Part shown: piece after piece, positions 1 through 9,443 of the stretch
Layout: each line of letters opens with the position of its first letter
Numbering within the stretch: the first letter of the stretch is position 1
From: Terrabacter aerolatus
Lineage (GTDB): Bacteria > Actinomycetota > Actinomycetes > Actinomycetales > Dermatophilaceae
Direction of reading: 5' to 3'
Length of the DNA: 40,000 nt
Assembly: GCF_007991735.1 (NCBI RefSeq)
Contig: NZ_BJYX01000024.1
Span: 7,727 to 47,726, forward strand
Translations under genes and position numbers: made by a program
The notes under the pieces: model-generated
The model's database searches: none
What the model was told of the DNA's origin: nothing
What the model saw: only the letters and a program-made list of their open reading frames with translations

Positions 1-32
1 CTGGCGAAAAGGGCTTCCTTGACGCCACTGCG

Positions 33-674
33 ATGCAGAAGAAAGTCATAGAACTCTGGTATGGCAGCAAGGGGTCCTCCGGCACGGTAGCGACACTCAA
101 GAAGTTCCGAGCGATCACCGACGATCCCGGGCGGTCAAAAGAGTTTCGGATGGTGGATCTCTTTGGCGCCAATTGTTCCGCGTTAACAGTGCGCGAGAAG
201 GCTGAAGAGTGGCAGGATGGTCTGTGGTTCGAATACTTCTCTGCGTTCTGGGGTGCGGTTAGGGATAAATACCTTGCCGACGGTCTTTGGCCGCAAAGCA
301 TCGATGCCTGGCCGCGAGTTGGAGTTCGGTCGGGTTCGCCCGACCAGGATAAAGTGCAAAGTCTAATGGGCGCTACGATCCTAGGAATGTTGCAGATCAG
401 CGTGCTTCAGCGTTGGGCGGAGCGACGTGAGGACCGTGCCCTTGAGGACGGTGAGGACTTTAAGACCTTGACGATCACTCCCGTCCAGTTCCGGGATCAG
501 ATCGCGAACATTCTCAAGCCGCTATCGAGCGACTTCTTCACTGAGTACATTCGGTCCGGTGCTGACGCTTCGAAGCAGGTCAAGCAGGTGTTCATCCGCG
601 CTTTGATGGACGTTCTGGCCAACAGGAAATCGGTCGCGCAGGTCCGCGCGAGTTCCGACTCCTTTAAGTCATGA
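33..674 (+). CDS. hypothetical protein, possibly 5'-truncated by the window edge
   Basis: 213-aa ORF. The frame stays open from nt 3, so the true start may lie upstream of the window. Its TGA (672-674) overlaps the ATG (671-673) of the next gene (ATGA), suggesting a coupled pair. No catalytic motif recognised. Confidence 0.5.
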   Translation: MQKKVIELWYGSKGSSGTVATLKKFRAITDDPGRSKEFRMVDLFGANCSALTVREKAEEWQDGLWFEYFSAFWGAVRDKYLADGLWPQSIDAWPRVGVRSGSPDQDKVQSLMGATILGMLQISVLQRWAERREDRALEDGEDFKTLTITPVQFRDQIANILKPLSSDFFTEYIRSGADASKQVKQVFIRALMDVLANRKSVAQVRASSDSFKS

Positions 675-1543
675 TCAGCCAACTGGGCCAGGCACTGATG
701 CGCCATCTTTCGGTGCACACGGGGAGCATCGGGCGCGTGGACGACTTGCTTAGCGCTGCCGATGCGATTGGACTTGATAGGACCACGCTCGTTGCGCAGT
801 TGGAGGGCGTGCTGGAGGAGAGAATCGCCCTGCGGTTGGTCACCCCACCCAAGCAGCATGCGAACTTCCTCCGGCGACGGCGCTCTGTCCATCGCTGGTT
901 GCAGGAGGTGATCGAACCCTCACGCCTTAGAGGTGGTTTGGCTGAGAATTCAGAACTCGTCACGCTCGTCACGAAGATCCAAACAGCGATAGACATGGCT
1001 TCGGATGCGCGGCGACAGGGCATTGGAGACGTTGAAGTGGGGGAGGTGTCCGATCTACTCGAGAACCAGGGCTTTCGGTGCGCAGTTTGTGGCGCGCCCC
1101 TTCGGCACTCGATACGGCGGCGGACGAATGTCTTCGCGACAGGTTATGAACCGGTCCTCGACGAGACTCTCGAACACCGAACTCCCTTCTACCTCGTTGG
1201 CAATTCCACAGCGTTCGAGGTCCTTTGCAGGCCTTGCAATACGTTGAAGAACGATCGACTGGGCGTTCAGGAGGACGGATTAGTCTTATGCGGCAATACG
1301 TTTCGGCCGCGCGACCGCGTCCAAGTGCTCCGTCGTGTGGCGTTCTGGTCTCTGAACGAGCGGCCGCGATGTTCCCAGGCTTGTTGCCCTGCTAGCGCGC
1401 TATCCAGTTGCATGCTCCTTGCGCCTAAGGTCGCGAAGCAACCGCTAAGCGTAGACAACCTCGAGCACTTCTGCGTCGAGCACGCCCCGCCCGGGACCTC
1501 CTACTGGCTGCATCATGACGCCCTGGTGGCGACCGCAGTCTGA
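671..1543 (+). CDS. HNH-family endonuclease domain protein
   Basis: 290-aa ORF. The central CAVC...LEHRTPFYLVGNS...LCRPCNTLKNDR fits the CxxC / His-Asn / CxxC-N zinc-finger HNH nuclease pattern. Coupled to the upstream ORF by an ATGA overlap. Convergent with the dpd operon, only 20 nt from its end. Confidence 0.7.
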   Translation: MISQLGQALMRHLSVHTGSIGRVDDLLSAADAIGLDRTTLVAQLEGVLEERIALRLVTPPKQHANFLRRRRSVHRWLQEVIEPSRLRGGLAENSELVTLVTKIQTAIDMASDARRQGIGDVEVGEVSDLLENQGFRCAVCGAPLRHSIRRRTNVFATGYEPVLDETLEHRTPFYLVGNSTAFEVLCRPCNTLKNDRLGVQEDGLVLCGNTFRPRDRVQVLRRVAFWSLNERPRCSQACCPASALSSCMLLAPKVAKQPLSVDNLEHFCVEHAPPGTSYWLHHDALVATAV

Positions 1544-1563
1544 ACCGTGAACCGCCCAGGCAA

Positions 1564-3729
1564 TCAGCCCTCAGCCAACTCGCGAAGAATGGCCGAGGAA
1601 CCACGGGAGTTCACCTGGATGATTGGACGACTGCCGCGGTGCTCTTTGATGAAGTCTGTTGCTGCGTGCTTGGCGGAGGCGGCGACCATTACGAAGACGT
1701 CAGCGTTCGCGCTAAGGGCGGCCAACTGCTGGCTGCCGTCATGCTCGGATGTCGTACGCACATCGATGCCTGGCATCAATCGGCGCAGAATTTGTGCAGC
1801 ACGCGTTATGGCTGACTCTGTTAACGAATAGAGCACCACCACAGCGTCCTTCAAGTGTCGATAGGCGGCGCCCGGGTCGGCGTCCGAGTTCTGTACCTCG
1901 AAGTCGTCGGGCAGCGCCGTGGCCAACTCCTCGCCCACGAGGCGGAGCCCCTCAATGTCAGCAAGACTGAGGCTGGATCTCACCGGTCGGAGCACGTCGA
2001 GTGCGCGAAAGTACAGCCTGCTCTTGGCGGACAGGGCGAGAGCTTGGGGGGTTGTCGTGGCTGCCTGGAGAACGTCGACGGTCCAGCTGGCTGTGACAGC
2101 GGAGGTCGCGGCCTCGACGATCATCTCCGACCACTCCAGGGCGGAGGAGAGCAATGCGGCTCCGGGCGCAGACGCAGACAAGTACTCGAGGAGTGCGACC
2201 GTCTGCACCCGCACGCCGATGGAACTCCTTTCGCTAACGGCGAATCCGGCGAGCACTCGTTCGCACAGTTCGGCGCCGTCCGCTGCTGCAAAGACCGTCG
2301 AATGCGCAGCCATGAAGGCACCGCCGTGGTCTCCGAGGCGCGCCAATGCCTCCTCGTCCATGGACGCCAACCGGTCTGAGATGGTGGCATGATCCAGCGG
2401 ATGCCATTCAGACGTAACGCTGAGGTCTAGCGCCGCGTCCTTGAGGTCGTTCGCCTCCAAGGCATCGAACCAACCGAGCCATCCCAGGTTTCTTTGCGGA
2501 TTGATGAACCTGTCGAGCCACTCCAAGTCGGCGTGTACAACGACATCGTCCCCTGCTTCTTCGCGGAGTCCGCAGGCGTCGACGAAGGCCGCCACCTCCA
2601 CTGCGAGGCCTGGGTCCTCCAACTCCCGAATGCAGGAGAGCAGCAAAGCAGCCACGACCGGGGTCGGTGGCTCAGCGAGGCCTGTCATTACGGCGGCGGC
2701 GAACTCGCCCTCAGCGATGAAGCGGTGAAGTTCATCCTCCGTTGTGATTGTGGCCGTTGCCACTGTCTCCAACTGAACCGTTTCCGAGGTGGGCTTGGTT
2801 GCCGGAGCGTGCAGAAGTCGCAGGGAGTCAGCCAAGGCCTTCGACAGGGTCTTAGCCTCGTCGGCCAACCGGCCAAGGGTTGCGGGTGACCCTCCTCGAA
2901 GGGTTCTGAGCATGAACTCGGTGACCACTGCGGGTCTAGTCGAGGTGGCCCCGCTTGTCGCAAGTTCGCGGAATTGAGGCGGAATCTGCTGTGCCGCTTC
3001 GAGCAGTGCCGCGCCGTCGCCTGAGACGTCCGCGGACGCCAAATACCGTTCGTAGACTGCGGTTTGCAACAAACGCGTGATACCGATTGGGCGACGCAGT
3101 TGAAGGACGTGCTCGAGGTCTTGGTCGGCAAAGATCGCCGTCGTGTCGCCAAGCGCGGCATATACGCGCAAGCGGAGGAAAGCGAGGTTCGAATGGTCAA
3201 GATCAGCGGACGTCTCAAGTTCACGGAGACATTCGAGGGCGATCCGACCATCTCGAGCGCCGATGGCGTGTCCTAGGTCGTCGAGGATCTCCACCGTGGT
3301 TCGAGGTGCGTCGAATTCCGAGCGCGGGCGCTGCCACACCAACTTGGAGAGAACAAGGAGTGTTTGACGTACCTCATCACGGGAGGGAGCACTCCCGCGT
3401 GGGAGGACCTCAAAGCGCAGTGGTGGTACGTCGGTCAAGGCTAGTGCGCTGTCAAACGCATCCTGTGGGTACAGACGCCCCCGGCTTCTGGGCAGGTCAC
3501 TGAACGTCGGGCCAATCCAAGCGTCCAGGAGTGTGAGCAGTTCCTTCTTCTCCCGCAATGTAGGAGCAAACCCATACCAATAGAGTCTTCCGTTTGTCAC
3601 CCTCGGCAGGAACGCGATCTGTCCGCGCCCGATGGCATCTCGCCATCTCTCGATCGACGTCTCCTGCTCGGGCGGCAGGCGTGCGGGGTTGATGTCGTTG
3701 CCCACGCCGAAGAACTCGTCAATCTGCAT
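1564..3729 (-). CDS. hypothetical 721-aa protein, last gene of the dpd-like operon (possible DpdD equivalent, by elimination only)
   Basis: Long ORF with natural amino-acid composition. Its ATG at 3729 overlaps the PLD gene stop by 11 nt. The C-terminal ~90 aa (DAVVVLYSLTES...ADVFVMVAASAKHAATDFIKEHRGSRPIIQVNSRGSSAILREL) resemble the DUF2325-type pattern by eye. No catalytic motif recognised. Confidence 0.6.
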   Translation of the reverse strand: MQIDEFFGVGNDINPARLPPEQETSIERWRDAIGRGQIAFLPRVTNGRLYWYGFAPTLREKKELLTLLDAWIGPTFSDLPRSRGRLYPQDAFDSALALTDVPPLRFEVLPRGSAPSRDEVRQTLLVLSKLVWQRPRSEFDAPRTTVEILDDLGHAIGARDGRIALECLRELETSADLDHSNLAFLRLRVYAALGDTTAIFADQDLEHVLQLRRPIGITRLLQTAVYERYLASADVSGDGAALLEAAQQIPPQFRELATSGATSTRPAVVTEFMLRTLRGGSPATLGRLADEAKTLSKALADSLRLLHAPATKPTSETVQLETVATATITTEDELHRFIAEGEFAAAVMTGLAEPPTPVVAALLLSCIRELEDPGLAVEVAAFVDACGLREEAGDDVVVHADLEWLDRFINPQRNLGWLGWFDALEANDLKDAALDLSVTSEWHPLDHATISDRLASMDEEALARLGDHGGAFMAAHSTVFAAADGAELCERVLAGFAVSERSSIGVRVQTVALLEYLSASAPGAALLSSALEWSEMIVEAATSAVTASWTVDVLQAATTTPQALALSAKSRLYFRALDVLRPVRSSLSLADIEGLRLVGEELATALPDDFEVQNSDADPGAAYRHLKDAVVVLYSLTESAITRAAQILRRLMPGIDVRTTSEHDGSQQLAALSANADVFVMVAASAKHAATDFIKEHRGSRPIIQVNSRGSSAILRELAEG

Positions 3730-4243
3730 GACGGGCGCCTTCGTAAAGAGCGTTGTACGCGATGCGAGCCTCGGCGATGGCGTGAGGGTCGCGCGTCAAC
3801 GTCACGCCTTCCGCGTTGACCGCCTGTCCGAAGTAGGTGAAGTTCATAGATCCCTGGAGGTGGAATCGGTCGCCCAAGAGACCCTTGTCGTGAAGCTTTG
3901 AATGAATCTGCACTGTGGGTCTCGCCCCGAGGCCGCCAGCATTCTCGAGTCGCTGTCGGGCAACAACGTTGCTCTCAACATCGCGAGTGAGAACGCGCAC
4001 GTCGCTGCCCCGACGAGAAAGTTCAACCAAAGCCTCCGTCAGGCGAATCTTTCGCGAAGGGAGGCCGGGCAGGACGGTCTTGAACTGGCCGGCCGTGTTG
4101 TCGATGACGTCGATGTCGGAGATCCAAGGCGACAGGACCCACAACTGTTTGGACGGCACTAGCAGTTCTGTCACGAGAAGGTTCTGCATCAGGTCGTTGA
4201 GAATGCGGGTTTGTCCGTGGCCCGCGGTCGTGATCCGTCTCAT
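3719..4243 (-). CDS. dpdK: PLD/HKD-family nuclease (DpdK-like)
   Basis: 174 aa. HSKLHDKG...GSMNFT matches the HxK(x4)D...GSxN phospholipase-D/Nuc signature. Its ATG overlaps the upstream helicase stop (ATGA at 4240-4243). Confidence 0.8.
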   Translation of the reverse strand: MRRITTAGHGQTRILNDLMQNLLVTELLVPSKQLWVLSPWISDIDVIDNTAGQFKTVLPGLPSRKIRLTEALVELSRRGSDVRVLTRDVESNVVARQRLENAGGLGARPTVQIHSKLHDKGLLGDRFHLQGSMNFTYFGQAVNAEGVTLTRDPHAIAEARIAYNALYEGARHAD

Positions 4244-7200
4244 GCCGACACCTCAGCGAGTTCGAGGGCGACGACGACGTCGCCGTTCGCCCTATGATCG
4301 ATCTCCACAACACGCGGATAGACGTTGAGATATTCGGTCACGACAGGTTCGACACACGTGTCCACGAGCAGGTCCGCGAGATCCCCCGCCTGCTCGGGGG
4401 TCGCCAGAACCTGTACGGATCCTCGCCGAGATAGGGCGTGGCGGACGCGGTCTCGGTAGTCGCCGGTCAGCAGGAGCGGAGGATCGCCCGCGGCAGCGAG
4501 CGAGCGCAGGACCTCAGGTGCCGGGGGCAAGTTATCGGCAAAGGGATTCCACGCACTCAACTGTTCGGCACGGAGTTGCCAACCGCGGGGCCAGAGCAGG
4601 CTCTGGACCGCGTCCATGCGTCGGCGCTCGCGGTCTCCGCCTATAAGGACCAGACCAGGGTCCAGATCTGAGCGCGTACGCATCAAGTACGCCCAAGTCC
4701 GTGGCGGGATTTCGACACCGAGCCGCCGCTCTTCCGACTTCCACTCGGTCGTTATAGTCGACAAGGTTGTGTCCGTGGTTAATGTCGAACCGGGCCGCAG
4801 AACGCGGCTGGCCAGCGAGGATACAACCGACTGCTCGGCGCCGTAGATTCCCGACTGGCGAAGGGCATCCCGGATGCGTCCGAGCGTCTCGACGCGCGTC
4901 GCCTGGTCGGGCGCCACGCGAAATTCGTTGACGAGGCGGCCCCATGTTGGGTCGGTCGCCGTCAGGTCAATCACTCGTTGAAGGTGGCTGTCAACGAGTT
5001 CGTACGTACTCGGCTGCGTGGCTCGAAGGATCAGCCGAAGCAACCGCCGGGGATCCGGACGGACACGGGATGCAAGAGCCTCGATGAAGCCTCCGCCGCC
5101 GATCGAGGACTCGGTCAACCAAATCTCTCCCGTCCTGCGCCTTCCGTCCGAGTCATAACCTGGCTCGATGTCCACGATTACGCTCTCCGGATCGTGCTCC
5201 GGGCAGATCTGTCGAGCGGCCGCGAGGGTCGCATGTCCGAGAGTCGAAAGCGTGCGTTCCCGGATCCACCGATTGAACGCAACCGCTTCGGGAGCCCAGT
5301 ATTGCGATGCCAACGCGTCGAGGCGGGCGACGATGGCGGGGTTCCTCAGCGCCTCCTTGAGCCGAGCGCCCATCCGCGAGAGTGCTGCAGACTCCGACTC
5401 GACCACACCGGTGCCCCTAAACATGGCGTCTAGGGTTTCGTCGAGCCGACCGTCGAATGAGTCGTGAACGGCCGCGTACGCCTCTGCAACCGTGGTGTTG
5501 TCGCGGACTGCCGTGGTGAGCAACATCGCCTCCAAACACTGATGGAGCCAGTCGATGCGGAAACTGTTGAGGCAGTTGAGCAACTCGTTGTCGGTGAGCA
5601 ATACGTGCTTAAACCAAGCACTTCGCAGGCCGGGCAGGAGATCTGTCGGGACAAGAATCTCCTCCGGCAGGTCGACTTGGATGCGCAACCCGTCCACGTC
5701 GAAGGTGGAGCCCATCGCCGCAGGCTCGCCTTGAAGCGAGAACCGGGATCGCACGCGCTTATCGGTGCCGTCGTCGAGATTCAACGTGGCATCGGAGCTA
5801 ACAGCGGCGCGATGAACTTTCACGTGGGCGTTCTGAGCGTGCAGATAGAAGCGCGCGTCCTTGATGAGGCGCCCGAGTGGATCGGCCGCTGGCACGCGGA
5901 TGATCAGGCCAGTTCCGGTTTCGACGAACTGCGAGCGCCACTGCATTGTCGCATTTGACGAGTCCTTTACGTTCTGCGGCGGCAGTTCAACCAAAACCTG
6001 ATCGGGGCGGACGACGGTCGTTGTTGTCGGCGCGCCGTCGATGTCGATTGTGCACGGCTCCTCCACCGCGAAGAGCGGCAGAACCGTGCTGAGTTCAAGC
6101 ACCGATTCTGTGACATCGATCGGAACGGGGATCCAGTGACGGTGTTCGAGATTTCGAGTTGCGAATCGGCGTGAGACCCGACCGGGTGCGTATTCCCGGA
6201 GCATTTGCCCAAGCCCCATGGCATGGAGTTCGCGCTCGGTCTCCCGATCCGACTGGGGGGGAATGCTCACGTAGGTCTCGGGCAAGGCCAATTCGCTGAA
6301 GAGGTTCGTCGGGAAAAAGTCTGGTAGCGGGTTACCACCCATAAGATCCCGGAATCCATGCACTGTTTCGGGGTCTGCGACACCCCAGTTGTGGAGGAGA
6401 CGGCGACGTAAGGTCGGGATGGCCTGGAGTAGAAGCGGCCGCGGCGGATGCCAGAGGACTTCGTTGGCCTCCGAGTCGGACAGATCGAGTGCGTTCTGGA
6501 CCCAGATGCGCAGGCTCCGCTGACGGTCCGGGTCGCGGAGCGCGTCGTTCAGCACATCGACGGCCTTAAGTTGAGTTTCGCGACCCGGCCGGGCGAAAGT
6601 ATCAGCCGGCTTCTGCCCGAGAGCGGACCACGCAGTAGTTGTCTTGGGGATGCCGTACTGCCGCAGCTGGGTTGTGAGCCAATCAATCATTGCAATGGTG
6701 GCTTGCATGCGTAGAACTGCGCGGTTGCGGATCGGCAGAACTAGGTCGGGTAGCACCGGTTCAAACAAGCTGTCCCAGGCCTCGTACGTCGCGCGGTCGC
6801 GCCCGTAGTCGGACAGCACGACTGCCGTGTACGGGCGCATCGTGCGCTTGCGTCCGGCCCGACCCTTGCGCTGGAGGAAGGCTGCCACTCCTCGAGGCGC
6901 TTTGTGCTGGATGACGACACCGACGTCTGGATCGTCGAAGCCGACCTCTAGGGATGCTGTTGCGACGATCAGTTGACTGTCGGCGGTAACGCCGGAGTCC
7001 TGCGAGGTCGTTCGACTCACTCGTAGGCCCTCGCCCATGCTCGCGAACTTGTGGCCTACCGCGGTCGGTAGATCCCAAAGTTGACCTGCGCGACGTTGCA
7101 GCGTGACATCCCCGACGGCAGTGTTGGCGCGCAAAGACGCGAGAGGAGGTTTGAACGACTTCGGCTTTCCGAAGGCGTACTTCTGGCCCTCGGCGTCGAG

Positions 7201-8736
7201 AAGATATGAGAACAGACGGTTAGTGACGTCGAGGTCGTCGGTGAAGACGAAGGCCTTCGTGCCGAAGACGCCTGACGAGATCCGACTCGCTGGTTCATCC
7301 TGCGTGCGCGGCAGCAACATGGACGTTTGGATCGTGGTCGATAGCACCGATGCGCCGCTGGTTGGATCGCTGCGGAGCGCGAGCAAATACTCCGCCCCCT
7401 CGTACTCCAATTCCTCCGGTTCGGGCGTGATGCTCGTGACTAGGTCGTCGTCGACCCCGGTGAGATCCGCCATGTGACGGATCGGGTTGGACAGCGTCGC
7501 CGAAAGACCAACGAAGGTGATCGGAGCCTGAACGCTGTGGTGCCACCGGCGAAGGACCATTGCGGCTTGCGCCCCGGTGGTTCCGTCGTAGGTGTGTATC
7601 TCGTCCAGGAGCATCATCCGAGGCTTCCTGCCTGGCGGCGCGTCAATGCCCAAGGGTCGTGAGAGGTTCAGATCAGACAGACCTCGATTGAGCATCTCTG
7701 TCGTCACGAACAGCAGATCCGGGGGAGCGCTCTGCATGGTTTGCCGGGTCAGAACAACTTGGTCCTGCCCGAATGAGCGCCTGCACCTTGCGCACACCAG
7801 GCGCTCGACCCCGGCGTCGATGTCCTCGTTTCGCCAGATGAGTTCGCCCCCGCAGGGGGCGAAGCCATCGCCGGGGCAGCGCATCTGCGGCGAAGCCATG
7901 CCATGGGGCCGCTTGCCCCAACCCCGATAGGAAGCCCTCACGTTCTTGGCGTTGGTCGGTGTACCGCCGTAGAGAGCGCCGATCGTCATAGATCGTCCAG
8001 TGGAGCGCTTCCACAGATCGTTGAGTCGGCAGGCATGGGCGAACGCCGTGTCCAGTTGATCCTTCAGCAATTCGGTCCTGGGATAGACGGCTAGTGCGCG
8101 AGTCCACGCAGAAGGGTCGCTGATGCCCGCTAGGTAGCTGAATGCAGGGAGGTAGAACGCGTTCGTCTTTCCGCTTCCTGTGCCGGCACCGACCACCGTT
8201 GCTGTTGTGGTCTGACTCTGCAACGCCGTCAGGATGTGCCTCGTTGCGCGTACTTGGAACCCGCCGAGGAGGTCGTGCTCACCGTCGCGCTGGGTCATTA
8301 CCTCAAGGACACCGCGATACGCGTCGATAGGGCCGACGACCCCGTCGAGAGCCGTGGTCCAAGGGTGATCTCGCTTTGGGTAGAAGCGGGGGCGGCGTGC
8401 GTACCGGAAGTCGGAGATCAGGTTGGTTCCGGATTGCCAGGTCTGGCCGAGGAAGGTCTGTCGGAGCCGCGCCACCAAGCGGATGGTTTCGCCGTTGCGG
8501 GTACGCCAACGGCTGGGCGAAGCGCTGGAGTCGTGCAACAGTAACGCGCGTGTCGTCATCGCCTCGATGATGTCGTCGGCGCTCAAATCCCACTCGTGGC
8601 TGGAAGTGAGTTCATCGGCGATAACTTGGCGCAGTTCCTCGGTGCTGAAGCCACCGTCGACGATGCCCCAGCACAGGAGCGGATCCTCGAGGGACTCGAG
8701 TCGGTCAAGGATCCTGGTTAACAGCGCTGAGTTCAT
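4240..8736 (-). CDS. dpdJ: very large DExH-box superfamily-2 helicase (DpdJ-like)
   Basis: 1498 aa. Walker A GAGTGSGKTNAF, motif II LLDEIHTY, SAT-type GLSATLS, motif VI FLQRKGRAGR. A Cys4 insert (CPGDGFAPCGG...CARCRR) sits between motifs I and II. ATGA overlap with the upstream gene at 8733-8736. Confidence 0.85.
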   Translation of the reverse strand: MNSALLTRILDRLESLEDPLLCWGIVDGGFSTEELRQVIADELTSSHEWDLSADDIIEAMTTRALLLHDSSASPSRWRTRNGETIRLVARLRQTFLGQTWQSGTNLISDFRYARRPRFYPKRDHPWTTALDGVVGPIDAYRGVLEVMTQRDGEHDLLGGFQVRATRHILTALQSQTTTATVVGAGTGSGKTNAFYLPAFSYLAGISDPSAWTRALAVYPRTELLKDQLDTAFAHACRLNDLWKRSTGRSMTIGALYGGTPTNAKNVRASYRGWGKRPHGMASPQMRCPGDGFAPCGGELIWRNEDIDAGVERLVCARCRRSFGQDQVVLTRQTMQSAPPDLLFVTTEMLNRGLSDLNLSRPLGIDAPPGRKPRMMLLDEIHTYDGTTGAQAAMVLRRWHHSVQAPITFVGLSATLSNPIRHMADLTGVDDDLVTSITPEPEELEYEGAEYLLALRSDPTSGASVLSTTIQTSMLLPRTQDEPASRISSGVFGTKAFVFTDDLDVTNRLFSYLLDAEGQKYAFGKPKSFKPPLASLRANTAVGDVTLQRRAGQLWDLPTAVGHKFASMGEGLRVSRTTSQDSGVTADSQLIVATASLEVGFDDPDVGVVIQHKAPRGVAAFLQRKGRAGRKRTMRPYTAVVLSDYGRDRATYEAWDSLFEPVLPDLVLPIRNRAVLRMQATIAMIDWLTTQLRQYGIPKTTTAWSALGQKPADTFARPGRETQLKAVDVLNDALRDPDRQRSLRIWVQNALDLSDSEANEVLWHPPRPLLLQAIPTLRRRLLHNWGVADPETVHGFRDLMGGNPLPDFFPTNLFSELALPETYVSIPPQSDRETERELHAMGLGQMLREYAPGRVSRRFATRNLEHRHWIPVPIDVTESVLELSTVLPLFAVEEPCTIDIDGAPTTTTVVRPDQVLVELPPQNVKDSSNATMQWRSQFVETGTGLIIRVPAADPLGRLIKDARFYLHAQNAHVKVHRAAVSSDATLNLDDGTDKRVRSRFSLQGEPAAMGSTFDVDGLRIQVDLPEEILVPTDLLPGLRSAWFKHVLLTDNELLNCLNSFRIDWLHQCLEAMLLTTAVRDNTTVAEAYAAVHDSFDGRLDETLDAMFRGTGVVESESAALSRMGARLKEALRNPAIVARLDALASQYWAPEAVAFNRWIRERTLSTLGHATLAAARQICPEHDPESVIVDIEPGYDSDGRRRTGEIWLTESSIGGGGFIEALASRVRPDPRRLLRLILRATQPSTYELVDSHLQRVIDLTATDPTWGRLVNEFRVAPDQATRVETLGRIRDALRQSGIYGAEQSVVSSLASRVLRPGSTLTTDTTLSTITTEWKSEERRLGVEIPPRTWAYLMRTRSDLDPGLVLIGGDRERRRMDAVQSLLWPRGWQLRAEQLSAWNPFADNLPPAPEVLRSLAAAGDPPLLLTGDYRDRVRHALSRRGSVQVLATPEQAGDLADLLVDTCVEPVVTEYLNVYPRVVEIDHRANGDVVVALELAEVSA

Positions 8737-9443
8737 CGCAGGTGCACCTTGAATCGGGCGATGATGCCAAGAGCAGCGAGCTTCTTGAGACGTTCAGGCG
8801 TGAACCACGTCAGCGAGACGCCGCCCGGCTCCTGAGACCCCACGATGCCCTCAGCGATGTCGGCGTCAACCACCTCTCCGATTTGCTCGCCGCAGCGATG
8901 GATCGACTCCACGGCTGCTCGATGCTTCTTAACAGCACCACGGTCCGGGATGGGGCTGCTGGTGACTGCGAGCAACCGGGCCCGTGCGGTCTCCAGCGCA
9001 TCGCGGATCTCCTCGACGTCGACCCCGCCCTGCGCCAGTGCGTCGATGAGATCGACGTTGACCGCAGGCGGAGGCTGACTCACATACGTTTGCCACGTGC
9101 CCGCGACGAGAGCGCGTAGCTCTTTGGCGTACTTCTCGGCCGACCGGACACGCTCCTTGGCGAGGTCGAGATTCTGCTCCATTCCGAGCGCAGGCACTTC
9201 ACTCGCCAGAGCACGGAGACTCTGGGCTACCTGGGCCGCATCCTGTTCGTGCCCCGCCGGCAGTTCGACATCGAGTTGCATGACCTCACTCAGCGCGACG
9301 ATGAGCGCGGGCAACTCCGTCAACATTTGGGCGAGGCGTGCACTGAGATCTGCGAACTGGCCTGTCCGGACCTTGACCTGGTGTTCGTCGTTGGCGACTT
9401 CGGCGTGGGCACGCAGATCCTGGATCGTGCTGCGCAGGGTCAT
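8733..9443 (-). CDS. hypothetical protein, helical/coiled-coil-like (DpdI position)
   Basis: The ORF track starts at 9467. I prefer the ATG at 9443 (MTLRSTIQ...) because it forms an ATGA overlap with the upstream stop at 9440-9442. No motif recognised; the Dpd assignment is by synteny only. Confidence 0.6.
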   Translation of the reverse strand: MTLRSTIQDLRAHAEVANDEHQVKVRTGQFADLSARLAQMLTELPALIVALSEVMQLDVELPAGHEQDAAQVAQSLRALASEVPALGMEQNLDLAKERVRSAEKYAKELRALVAGTWQTYVSQPPPAVNVDLIDALAQGGVDVEEIRDALETARARLLAVTSSPIPDRGAVKKHRAAVESIHRCGEQIGEVVDADIAEGIVGSQEPGGVSLTWFTPERLKKLAALGIIARFKVHLR

